From: a virus
Taxonomy: Duplodnaviria > Caudoviricetes
DNA: 33,692 nucleotides
Reading direction: 5' to 3' (one strand)
IMG/VR virus record: IMGVR_UViG_3300032312_000368
Span: 1-33,692 of that record
The notes beneath the pieces were generated by a model that saw only the letters and a program-made list of their open reading frames with translations, was not told the origin of the DNA and did no database searches. Of the stretch, positions 8,578 through 17,005 are shown in pieces; within the stretch, counting starts at the first letter, position 1, and the number at the start of each line of letters is the position of its first letter. Made by a program: the position numbers and the translations under genes.

Positions 8578-8754
8578 ATGAACCAAAGAATCATTTACCC
8601 AACTGACGATGGCGGCGTGGCAATCATCATCCCTGCCGAGTCCATTGAAGCAGCAATGAAGGATATTCCTGAAGGCAAGCCCTACAAGATTGTGGATGTT
8701 GCTGACATCCCCACCGACCGAACATTCCGTAACGCATGGGAATACACAGCATGA
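8578..8754 (+). CDS. 58-aa fibre-assembly-like protein (MNQRIIYPTDDGG...PTDRTFRNAWEYTA), not in the ORF track
   Basis: Hand translation fills the gap exactly; ATGA overlap with the next gene; DRTFRNAW motif. Confidence 0.75.
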   Translation: MNQRIIYPTDDGGVAIIIPAESIEAAMKDIPEGKPYKIVDVADIPTDRTFRNAWEYTA

Positions 8755-9014
8755 TCTCAATCAACATTGATAAAGCAAAAGCAATCGGCCACGACATGCG
8801 CCGTGCGGCTAGGGCTGAAGAATTCAAGCCCTACGATGATGCAATTGCCAAACAAATCCCCGGCCAGATGGCAGGGGCTGAAGCCGCTCGGCAGACCATC
8901 CGTGACAAGTACGTTGCGGTTCAAGCAGCCATTGACGCAGCAACCACGCCAGAGCAGATTAAATCGGCGCTGCAGGGCAACACCCCCCTTCCGGCAGACG
9001 CGCCTACGGCGTAA
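8751..9014 (+). CDS. Helical fibre-assembly-like protein (MISINIDKAKAIGHD...)
   Basis: ATG 8751 overlaps the upstream TGA; Ala-rich helices ending IDAATTPEQIK. Confidence 0.7.
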   Translation: MISINIDKAKAIGHDMRRAARAEEFKPYDDAIAKQIPGQMAGAEAARQTIRDKYVAVQAAIDAATTPEQIKSALQGNTPLPADAPTA

Positions 9015-9038
9015 AATTCGCCCAATAAAGGAAACGCC

Positions 9039-10559
9039 ATGAGCACCTATTCCCCAGACCTTCGGATTGAACTCATCACGACCGGCGACCAAGCCGGTAC
9101 ATGGGGCACTACGACCAACACCAACTTGGCCTATGTCATTGAGCAGGCCATCGCGGGGTATGTCTCTGTGGCCGTGGCCTCGGCCAACCAAGCCCTGACG
9201 TACATCAACGGCGGAAGCGCAACAGCGGCGGATAACCAGTCCGTACACGCAGCCATCGCCCTGACCACATCTACCGGCGCAAACTTTGCCGTTTACGCTC
9301 CCCCTGCCTCCAAGCAGTACACCATCTACAACGCGTCCGCGTTTACAGCCACGATCTACAACTCGACTGTAATCGGTAACACGACTGCGGCTGGCGCGGG
9401 CGTGGCAATTCCTGCGGGCAAAACGGTGACTGTGTGGTCTGACGGAACCAACTTCTTTACCGCTTTAAACTACGCAAGCACTTTTGATGTCGGTGGCAGT
9501 TTGACTGTGGACGACGGGATTATCACAAACGCCTCTCTGGCGGTTTATGGGTCTGAGGCCGTTCGCGGTGATTTTGCAGCGCTGGGCTACCTGTCCACAG
9601 CAAGTTCCGCGTATTTGAACGGCGCTCCCATCCAGACTGTTGCGCAGTCTTCAGCTGTTGACACAACAACAGATGCCATCACAATCGCCTCCGCTGTTTA
9701 CAGAAACGGTCTGGCAGTTACCCTGACATCTTCGGACACGCTGCCAACAGGGCTTTTAACCAATACCACATATTATGTTGTAGGCACAAGTGCCACCGAC
9801 AACTTCTCTGGTGCGGGCGCTATTTCTGGCACTACGCTGACCATCTCGGCAGTCTACGCCGGGTCAATTGGCGTAGGTACAGTTATCTCTGGTACCGGCG
9901 TTACTGGCACGACTGTTACCGTGCTTGGGACTGGTACGGGTGGAGTTGGAACATACACTGTCAGCACCTCGCAGACAGCAGCATCAACTACAATTAACGG
10001 CACCTACTCGGGCTCTCAAACAATTAAGTTGTCAACGAGTTTTGGCGGGTCCGCCGTAAACATAACCGCAGTGGGTACGGGAAATATGACGCTCACCCCA
10101 GTGTCATTGGGTATTACTGCGCCAACCGGAACATCAACCAAGGCTCTTGCAACATGCGAGTTTGTGGCCAACAGCGCCCGGTTCACCTCAACCAACTGGA
10201 CCGCTTCGGAAACCGTTGCAACACAGACGGCAACAATCACAATTGCAAGTCCGGCTGTGGTCACAGTTGCAACTGCCCCTGCTAATGGCACGGCGGTTTC
10301 GTTTTCTACTACTGGGGCTCTGCCAACGGGGATAACTGCTAATGCTGCGTACTACGTAATCAACGGAACAGGGACTACGTATCAAATTTCTGCGACCATA
10401 GGGGGTACCGCTATTGACACCAGCGGAACACAGTCTGGGGTTCAGACGGAAACCACATCAAAGCTGTATTTTAAATACAAAACTTTGGATAAAATGTCAC
10501 TTGATCTTGGCGGTAATTTGGTTGTCTCTGGCAACGTAACCGCTTACGGAACGCCGTAA
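9039..10559 (+). CDS. Long tail fibre protein with N-terminal virion-anchor-like region
   Basis: AAAGGA SD; [16 protein letters not shown]-terminus; two LPTG....YYV beta modules; ends SGNVTAYG. Confidence 0.8.
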   Translation: MSTYSPDLRIELITTGDQAGTWGTTTNTNLAYVIEQAIAGYVSVAVASANQALTYINGGSATAADNQSVHAAIALTTSTGANFAVYAPPASKQYTIYNASAFTATIYNSTVIGNTTAAGAGVAIPAGKTVTVWSDGTNFFTALNYASTFDVGGSLTVDDGIITNASLAVYGSEAVRGDFAALGYLSTASSAYLNGAPIQTVAQSSAVDTTTDAITIASAVYRNGLAVTLTSSDTLPTGLLTNTTYYVVGTSATDNFSGAGAISGTTLTISAVYAGSIGVGTVISGTGVTGTTVTVLGTGTGGVGTYTVSTSQTAASTTINGTYSGSQTIKLSTSFGGSAVNITAVGTGNMTLTPVSLGITAPTGTSTKALATCEFVANSARFTSTNWTASETVATQTATITIASPAVVTVATAPANGTAVSFSTTGALPTGITANAAYYVINGTGTTYQISATIGGTAIDTSGTQSGVQTETTSKLYFKYKTLDKMSLDLGGNLVVSGNVTAYGTP

Positions 10560-10568
10560 GGAGTACGC

Positions 10569-11486
10569 ATGACGCTACCAGTATCAGGGCCGATTTCGTT
10601 TAACGCTATCAACGTAGAACTTAATGTTGCCGGAACAACTACGGCGAACATTAACCAAGCGTCGTATCGCGCACTTGCAGGCGTTCCGTCGGGCACAATT
10701 TCGTTGAGCAACTTTTACGGCAAGACCAACGAGTTTTTGTTTACGATAGGCAGCAATCAGACCAACGCCAACTTGCGAACTTTGGCTGTTAACGCTGGCT
10801 GGAATCAGATCAGCAGGGTCGTTGCTACGATCAATGGTGGTGTTTATGTCAGCGCCAACAGCACAGGCACTCCGGGTTTGACCGTAGACGGCTCCTTCCC
10901 TAACGGTGTGGAGCTTGTAAATAATGGCTTTATCATCGGCATGGGCGGCAATGGTGGCGCGGGTGCCGACGGCATGACGGGCGAATCAGTCACTTCGGGC
11001 AATCCGGGCAGCGCAGGTGGACCTGCGTTGGTTGCTTCTGTTGGTGTTGCGGTTCGCAACAATGGAACCATCGGTGGCGGTGGCGGTGGCGGTGGCGGTG
11101 GAGGCCAGCTCCACGAGTATGATTATGGATGGGGCGGTGGCGGTGGCGGTGGCGGCCAAACCGGCACAACAAACTCTTCGGGTGGCGCTGCGGGTAATTT
11201 CTACGGTCAAAGGTCTCGCGATTCCACAGCAGGCGGGGCCGGAACAAGCGGCTCAGCCGGTGGGGGTGGCGTGGGTGCAGCAGCACCAAACTTTAGTTTT
11301 CGGGGTGGTGATGGCGGCGCTGGAGGTAGTTGGGGTGCGAACGGCGCAGCTGGCCAAGATAGAGTTGGTCCGGGTTTCTCCCCCCCAAGCAGTGGCGGAT
11401 CAGGAGGCGCTGCCGGTGCTGCTGTAAACGGCAACGGAAACATTACGTGGCTTGCCACAGGCACTCGTCTTGGCCCAATTTCATAA
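10569..11486 (+). CDS. Glycine-rich adhesin, T2/S16 gp38-like C-terminal region
   Basis: AAGGAG SD; GMGGNGG...GGPAL...NNGTIG(G)n and GGAAGAAV..W...G motifs; follows the long fibre gene. Confidence 0.75.
   Translation: MTLPVSGPISFNAINVELNVAGTTTANINQASYRALAGVPSGTISLSNFYGKTNEFLFTIGSNQTNANLRTLAVNAGWNQISRVVATINGGVYVSANSTGTPGLTVDGSFPNGVELVNNGFIIGMGGNGGAGADGMTGESVTSGNPGSAGGPALVASVGVAVRNNGTIGGGGGGGGGGGQLHEYDYGWGGGGGGGGQTGTTNSSGGAAGNFYGQRSRDSTAGGAGTSGSAGGGGVGAAAPNFSFRGGDGGAGGSWGANGAAGQDRVGPGFSPPSSGGSGGAAGAAVNGNGNITWLATGTRLGPIS
11073..11156 (+). repeat. Two (GGTGGC)n tracts encoding Gly11 and Gly8
   Basis: Tracts at 11073-11105 and 11133-11156. Confidence 0.9.
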
Positions 11487-11495
11487 AGAAAAATT

Positions 11496-11597
11496 ATGAA
11501 CACTACCTACACATACCAGATCATCAAAATGGACGAGCAAGCACGGTGCATGGAGGGGGTTTACTCCTCCGAAGTCGGAACGAGTGGACAGATTTGA
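11496..11597 (+). CDS. 33-aa mini-ORF (MNTTYTYQIIKMDEQARCMEGVYSSEVGTSGQI), possibly a deletion remnant
   Basis: Fills the gap between the adhesin and the next gene; stop lies 3 nt before the next ATG. Confidence 0.5.
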   Translation: MNTTYTYQIIKMDEQARCMEGVYSSEVGTSGQI

Positions 11598-11600
11598 CCT

Positions 11601-12047
11601 ATGCTTGCTGAACTTGCCGCCGCTAATGCCGCCTTTGCGGTAATCAAGACTGCACTTGCCAACGGTAAGGAGCTGTCTGCGCTTGGCGGTCGAGTTTTCG
11701 ATTACTTTGACAACAAAGCAAAGATTCAAGAGAAGGCTACCCAAAAAGGTGGCGGCTCCGATATGCAGGAGTTCATGGCACTGGAGCAGCTCAAGCAGCA
11801 AGAAGAGCACCTGCGTGAGTCGATGGTCTACGCTGGACGTCCCGGACTATGGGATGACTGGGTCAAGTTTCAAGCCGCCGCTGCACGCCGCCGTCGTGAG
11901 GCCAAAGAAGCCGAAGCCCGCCGCATCACTTTGCGCAAGCAGGCGATTGATCGCTGGTCCGAGTACATTGCCATCGGCATTGCTGGGTTGATTTTGGCCG
12001 CTCTTATCGTTTACGGCATCGTTTTGTATGTGAAACATATACGTTAA
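11601..12047 (+). CDS. Membrane-anchored hypothetical protein next to the lysis genes
   Basis: C-terminal TM helix YIAIGIAGLILAALIVYGIVLYV preceded by a charged helix. Confidence 0.75.
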   Translation: MLAELAAANAAFAVIKTALANGKELSALGGRVFDYFDNKAKIQEKATQKGGGSDMQEFMALEQLKQQEEHLRESMVYAGRPGLWDDWVKFQAAAARRRREAKEAEARRITLRKQAIDRWSEYIAIGIAGLILAALIVYGIVLYVKHIR

Positions 12048-12056
12048 GGGATTAAC

Positions 12057-12554
12057 ATGGACTGGCTTAGACAAATCGCACCAACTATTGCCACCGCAAT
12101 GGGTGGCCCTCTGGCTGGCATGGCTGTATCGGCCATCTCCAAAGCCATCGGTGTAGATGAGACAAAGGTGGGCGACCTGATTGCCAACAACAAGCTGTCA
12201 GCCGAGCAGATCGCGCAAGTCAAGCTGGCCGAGATCGAGCTGCAAAAGCAGGCGCAGGAACTTGGCCTTAACTTTGAAAAGCTGGAGGTTGAAGACCGCA
12301 AGTCAGCGCGGGAGATGCAAGCAACCACCCGCAGCCTGATGCCGCCTATTTTGGCTGGCGCAGTCACCATTGGCTTCTTTGGCATCATGATCATGATGTT
12401 CTTCAACCAGATCGATAGCAGCAACCCCGCCATCTTGATGATGCTGGGCAGTTTGGGCACAGCGTGGACGGGAATCATTGCCTACTACTTTGGCAGCTCC
12501 GCAGGCTCACAAGCCAAGACCGATCTCCTTTCAAAAGCAGGACCAGTGAAATGA
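12057..12554 (+). CDS. Putative holin (3TM-holin-like)
   Basis: N-terminal APTIATAMGGPLAG, two C-terminal TM helices, YYFGSS motif; ATGA-coupled to the endolysin. Confidence 0.75.
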   Translation: MDWLRQIAPTIATAMGGPLAGMAVSAISKAIGVDETKVGDLIANNKLSAEQIAQVKLAEIELQKQAQELGLNFEKLEVEDRKSAREMQATTRSLMPPILAGAVTIGFFGIMIMMFFNQIDSSNPAILMMLGSLGTAWTGIIAYYFGSSAGSQAKTDLLSKAGPVK

Positions 12555-13147
12555 TTACCGCCGAGCAACTCAAAGAACTGCACATTTCCGAAGACTGGCT
12601 AGAGCCATTGAACGAGGCCTTTCAGCGGTACGAAATCAACACACCTCTGCGCATGGCGGCGTTCATTGGCCAGTGCGCCCATGAGTCTGGCAACTTTAAA
12701 ACCCTGCAAGAAAACCTGAACTACAGCGCAGAAGGCTTGTGCCGGGTTTGGCCAAGCCGCTTCCCCACGCTGGAGTCCGCAAAGCCGTACCACCGCAATC
12801 CCGACAAGATCGCCAATAAGGTCTACGGCGGGCGCATGGGCAACGGCACCGAGGAAACGGAAGAAGGCAGCCTGTACAAAGGCCGAGGCCTGATCCAGCT
12901 CACAGGCAAGGACAATTACACCCAGTGCGGCGATGCGCTGGGCGAGGACTTCATCCACTCCCCCGACTTAATTCTGTCGCCCAAGTATGCAGCCCTGAGC
13001 GCAGCGTGGTACTGGAACAAGCGCGGCCTCAACAAAGAGGCTGACGCCAAGGACTACACCGGGATGACAAAGAAGATCAACGGTGGGACAATCGGGCTCG
13101 AAGACCGAATCAAGCACATCAACCACGCGCTGGCTGTGCTCACCTAA
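12551..13147 (+). CDS. Endolysin, glycoside hydrolase family 19
   Basis: AAFIGQCAHES, ENLNYS, YKGRGLIQLTGKDNY, TKKINGG motifs; ATG 12551 preferred over 12464. Confidence 0.93.
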   Translation: MITAEQLKELHISEDWLEPLNEAFQRYEINTPLRMAAFIGQCAHESGNFKTLQENLNYSAEGLCRVWPSRFPTLESAKPYHRNPDKIANKVYGGRMGNGTEETEEGSLYKGRGLIQLTGKDNYTQCGDALGEDFIHSPDLILSPKYAALSAAWYWNKRGLNKEADAKDYTGMTKKINGGTIGLEDRIKHINHALAVLT

Positions 13148-13156
13148 GAGACTCTC

Positions 13157-15316
13157 ATGCCCTTGCAAAAACTCCAACTGCGTCCCGGCGTAAACCGGGA
13201 ATCAACATCACTGGCCAACGAAGGCACTTGGTTCGAGATGGACAAGGTGCGTTTTCGCTCGGGCTATCCTGAGAAGTTGGGCGGTTGGACTCTGGACAGC
13301 GGATCGGCTGCTGCTACTTTGCAGCCACCCGCAGGATCGTTTTGGGGCGTGTGCCGAGCGCTGTTTAACTGGATTACGCTCAACGGCTCTAACCTGATGG
13401 GCATCGGAACAAACCTAAAGTATTACATCCAACAGACGGCTGGCGGCGACTTCTACGACATTACGCCAATCCGCGATGTAAACGCTATTGCATCAAACGC
13501 CTTCACCACTACCAACGGCTCCACCACCGTCACGATAAATGACGCAGGATACAACGGGCAGACCGGCGACTTTGTAACAATTTCCGCAGTCGCAGGCGCG
13601 ATTAACGGCATACCCGCAGCTGCGTTAAACCGGGAATTTCAAATCACGTACGTTGATTCAAGCACGTACACAATTACCGTATCTTCCCCGGCTACATCGT
13701 CTGGTACTACCGGTGCTGCCACCTTCACCTACCAAATCAACACGGGCGGAGAAATTTTTACGGTAGGCGTAGGCTGGGGCGCAGGTGGCTGGGGCGGCAC
13801 TACAACCATTTCAGCTTCCACCACATTGAATGGGGCCTTGAGCTCCAGCGCTACAACAATAACGGTTGTCTCCACTACAGGATTTGACGCTTCAGGCGCA
13901 ATTGGTATTGAAGGCGAGTACATCACATATTCCGGCAAGACCGGCACTACCTTTACCGGCTGCACCAGAGGCGTGGGAAGTACTGCTCGGGCGTATAACT
14001 CCGGCACAACTGTTAACCAATACAGCGGCGCTACTGGCTGGGGCATTCCTGCACCTTCGGGCTTGGGTGTGGATATTCAACTGCGCCTTTGGAGTCAAAC
14101 CAACTACGGACAAGACCTTATTATCAACCCTCGTGGCGGGGCACTGTACCTGTGGAAGGTAAATGCAAACCCCACAATTTATGACCGCGCAGTGTTGCTC
14201 AGCTCTACAAGCCCAGCGCCGTACACCACCGACACCTCATGCCCGTCGATCTGCAACACTGTTACAGTGTCGGACGCCTCGCGTTTTGTGATTGCCTTTG
14301 GCTGCAATGACTACGGATCGTCTGTGCAAGACCCGCTGTTGGTGCGCTGGTCCGACCAAGAAGACTACGCCACATGGGCCCCAGCCATCACCAATCAGGC
14401 AGGCAGTTACCGCCTGAGTACTGGTTCAAGTATCGTTGCTCAGTTACAAACCCGCCAAGAAATTCTGGTTTGGACTGACGCCGCCTTGTACTCCATGCAG
14501 TACCTCGGACCGCCCTACGTCTGGGGCTTCCAGATCATGGGCAGCAACACGTCAATTGCTGGCCCCAATGCGGTTGCTACAGCATCGAACATCACGTACT
14601 GGATGGGACTCGATAAGTTCTATATGTACACCGGTCGGGTGGAGACGCTGTACTGCCCCCTGCGCCAATACATCTTTGGTGATATCAACCTGCAGCAACA
14701 GTATCAGTTCTTTGCAAGCACCAACGAAGGCTTCAACGAAATCTGGTGGTTCTATTGCTCGGCCAACTCCACGGAGATCGACCGCTACGTGGTCTACAAC
14801 CATCTGGAGAAGATCTGGATGTACGGCAATCTGGCACGCACCGCTTGGGTGGACAGCGCTCTTAGGGATTTCCCTACCGCCGCTGGCTACGACGGGCAGT
14901 TGATCTACCACGAAGACGGTGTAAACGACGGCACTACAAACCCACCAAGCCCAATTACTTCGTACATCCAATCCGCCGACTTCAACATCGGTGATGGGCA
15001 CAACTACGGATTTGTCTGGCGCATGATTCCAGACATTACGTTTGATGGGTCGTTTGTAAACAACCCTGCGGTAACCTTCACGATAAAGCCCCGCCAGAAC
15101 CCCGGCTCAAACTACAGCGCAGCCGCCACTCCTGAGGTAATTAGTGCTCAGAATTATCAGGGCCAACGCAATTACGTGGTGCAGCAGTTCACTGAAATTG
15201 TATACACACGGATTCGCGGTCGTCAGATGGCGTTCAGGGTAAGCTCGGACGGCCTCGGTGTGCAGTGGCAGCTTGGTGTCCCATCAATTGATGTTCGTCC
15301 TGACGGGCGGAGATAA
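13157..15316 (+). CDS. Putative tail nozzle / tail tubular protein B-like (beta-propeller)
   Basis: 719 aa; VRWSDQED, EILVWTD, EIWWFY, RTAWVD blade-like motifs; ends RPDGRR; lies before ejection-like genes. Confidence 0.7.
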   Translation: MPLQKLQLRPGVNRESTSLANEGTWFEMDKVRFRSGYPEKLGGWTLDSGSAAATLQPPAGSFWGVCRALFNWITLNGSNLMGIGTNLKYYIQQTAGGDFYDITPIRDVNAIASNAFTTTNGSTTVTINDAGYNGQTGDFVTISAVAGAINGIPAAALNREFQITYVDSSTYTITVSSPATSSGTTGAATFTYQINTGGEIFTVGVGWGAGGWGGTTTISASTTLNGALSSSATTITVVSTTGFDASGAIGIEGEYITYSGKTGTTFTGCTRGVGSTARAYNSGTTVNQYSGATGWGIPAPSGLGVDIQLRLWSQTNYGQDLIINPRGGALYLWKVNANPTIYDRAVLLSSTSPAPYTTDTSCPSICNTVTVSDASRFVIAFGCNDYGSSVQDPLLVRWSDQEDYATWAPAITNQAGSYRLSTGSSIVAQLQTRQEILVWTDAALYSMQYLGPPYVWGFQIMGSNTSIAGPNAVATASNITYWMGLDKFYMYTGRVETLYCPLRQYIFGDINLQQQYQFFASTNEGFNEIWWFYCSANSTEIDRYVVYNHLEKIWMYGNLARTAWVDSALRDFPTAAGYDGQLIYHEDGVNDGTTNPPSPITSYIQSADFNIGDGHNYGFVWRMIPDITFDGSFVNNPAVTFTIKPRQNPGSNYSAAATPEVISAQNYQGQRNYVVQQFTEIVYTRIRGRQMAFRVSSDGLGVQWQLGVPSIDVRPDGRR

Positions 15317-15318
15317 GC

Positions 15319-15630
15319 ATGACCCAAAAGAACGTACGAGCCCCCTTTCTTCCGGTGCCTCCGGTAGAATACGACGCAGAATTTATGAACCAGTTTGTTC
15401 GAGTCTTGCGGCTGTATTTCAACCAGCTCGACAACTTTGGTCCAATTGCCGCATCAACGCAGCGTGTAAACGGAAATATTGTGGCGGCTTTGAGTTTCAC
15501 TCAGCCTGATCCAGCCGTACCAAACACGTTCACCATTAGCTTGCCAACACAGGCAGATTTGGGTAACCTCCGGGTGGGAGATGTTTACTATGACACTACC
15601 GCTGGCAACGTACTGAAAGTAAAGACATGA
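15319..15630 (+). CDS. Small tail-associated protein
   Basis: LPVPPVEYD...LRLYFNQLD motif; directly follows the nozzle-like gene; ATGA-coupled downstream. Confidence 0.65.
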   Translation: MTQKNVRAPFLPVPPVEYDAEFMNQFVRVLRLYFNQLDNFGPIAASTQRVNGNIVAALSFTQPDPAVPNTFTISLPTQADLGNLRVGDVYYDTTAGNVLKVKT

Positions 15631-16604
15631 ATTTTCCAATGCAGCAAAACTACGGGGCGGGTCTTGGGGCTTTGGGCCCGGTGCAGTCCATGTCTGACCG
15701 GAACGACGCGCAGATGATGATGGTCAATCGCGGTCAAATGTTTGCTAACGGCGGTATTATCGCGCTTGCCGAAGGTGGTCTTAATGCACTGCCAAAGTAC
15801 AAGTACAACCCCGTAACTCAAACATATGAGTTACAAGAGACTAAGAAAGAAGATGAGGGCCTTGCAAGTCTTACGCCTTCAACAGCCCCCGGTGGTGTTG
15901 ACCGGGCTTCAAGCGATTGGGACAGCAAGTCTGACGTTCAACAAGCTGCGTACTTTGCATCCAACCCAATGCAGTCGGCGCTTACACAGGCTGCACAACA
16001 AGCTTTTGGTCTTACACCGTTTGGCATGGCGCAAAAAGCATTAGATCCAGATTTTGTGGCGACACAGCAGGGAATTGGACGAGGGATGGTTTCCGGCACA
16101 TTTGGAACCCTCCTTTCGGATAATGAAAATCCGGGAATGATGTCTGATACATCCGGCTACGGCAGTGGTTTTGGTCTTAGCCTTGCAGATAATGCAAGCC
16201 CCGGCTCATCGGACGCCGGTAACACAAGTGATGCTGCCGCTGACGGCGGTGGTCGGGACAGCTCGGGCGCTCCATATGCGCGGGGGGGTATTGCTTCTTT
16301 AGCTTACGGCGGTCAAAGCCATTTGGGAGACTACTCAGATGGTGGTCGTTTGCTGCGTGGGCCCGGTGATGGCGTATCTGACAGCATCCCAGCCTCGATT
16401 GGCGGTAAGCGCCCAGCCCGTTTGGCTGACGGTGAGTTCGTGGTTCCGGCTCGAATTGTTTCTGAGTTGGGTAATGGCTCGACCGAAGCAGGCGCACGCA
16501 AGCTGTACGCCATGATGGATCGCATTCAAAAGGCCCGCAGAAAAACAGTTGGCAAAGACCGCGTTGCTGTAAACAGCCGTGCCGAAAAGAATTTGCCAGC
16601 ATGA
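15627..16604 (+). CDS. Putative internal virion protein with five AxGG-type motifs and a GPGDGVSDSIPA...GEFVVP domain
   Basis: ATGA coupling at both ends; low-complexity middle; C-terminal domain resembles tape-measure C-termini. Confidence 0.75.
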   Translation: MNFPMQQNYGAGLGALGPVQSMSDRNDAQMMMVNRGQMFANGGIIALAEGGLNALPKYKYNPVTQTYELQETKKEDEGLASLTPSTAPGGVDRASSDWDSKSDVQQAAYFASNPMQSALTQAAQQAFGLTPFGMAQKALDPDFVATQQGIGRGMVSGTFGTLLSDNENPGMMSDTSGYGSGFGLSLADNASPGSSDAGNTSDAAADGGGRDSSGAPYARGGIASLAYGGQSHLGDYSDGGRLLRGPGDGVSDSIPASIGGKRPARLADGEFVVPARIVSELGNGSTEAGARKLYAMMDRIQKARRKTVGKDRVAVNSRAEKNLPA

Positions 16605-17005
16605 AAGTACAATTCGTCCCTATTGAGTGGGTAAACCAGACATGGGCTCAGGTTGAAGAGTTCATTGCGTCTGCGCTTTCCCATTCCAAGGGCGAGTACA
16701 CGGCTGAACAGGCCAAGGTTATGGCGGTCAATGGGCAGTGGAAACTTCTGGTAGCCACAACGGATACAGGCATTGAGGGCGCGGCATTGGTGCAATTCTT
16801 CAACCGCCCGAACGACCGGGTGTGTTTTATTATGGCTATCGGCGGAAAGCTGGTCACCAGCCCAGAAACTTTTGATCAATTGAAACAGTACGCCGCTTCT
16901 AACGGCGCTTCTTGCATTGAGGGCGCTGCACGGGATTCCGTTGCACGGCTGTGGACAAAGTATGGTTTCACTGAGAAGTACAAAATTGTAGGAGTTAAAT
17001 TATGA
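16601..17005 (+). CDS. GNAT-fold-like protein in the ejection-gene block
   Basis: Alpha/beta pattern ending ARLWTKYGF; position resembles T7 gp13; no clear R/QxxGxG CoA loop. Confidence 0.55.
   Translation: MKVQFVPIEWVNQTWAQVEEFIASALSHSKGEYTAEQAKVMAVNGQWKLLVATTDTGIEGAALVQFFNRPNDRVCFIMAIGGKLVTSPETFDQLKQYAASNGASCIEGAARDSVARLWTKYGFTEKYKIVGVKL

Noticed and set aside
5976-11486. Diversity-generating retroelement or invertase shufflon acting on fibre genes
   Set aside because: No reverse transcriptase, recombinase, adenine-mismatched TR/VR pair or inverted cassettes seen in the window
12464-12550. N-terminal extension of the endolysin given in the ORF track
   Set aside because: It overlaps the holin and is not a convincing signal or SAR sequence; ATG 12551 has ATGA coupling
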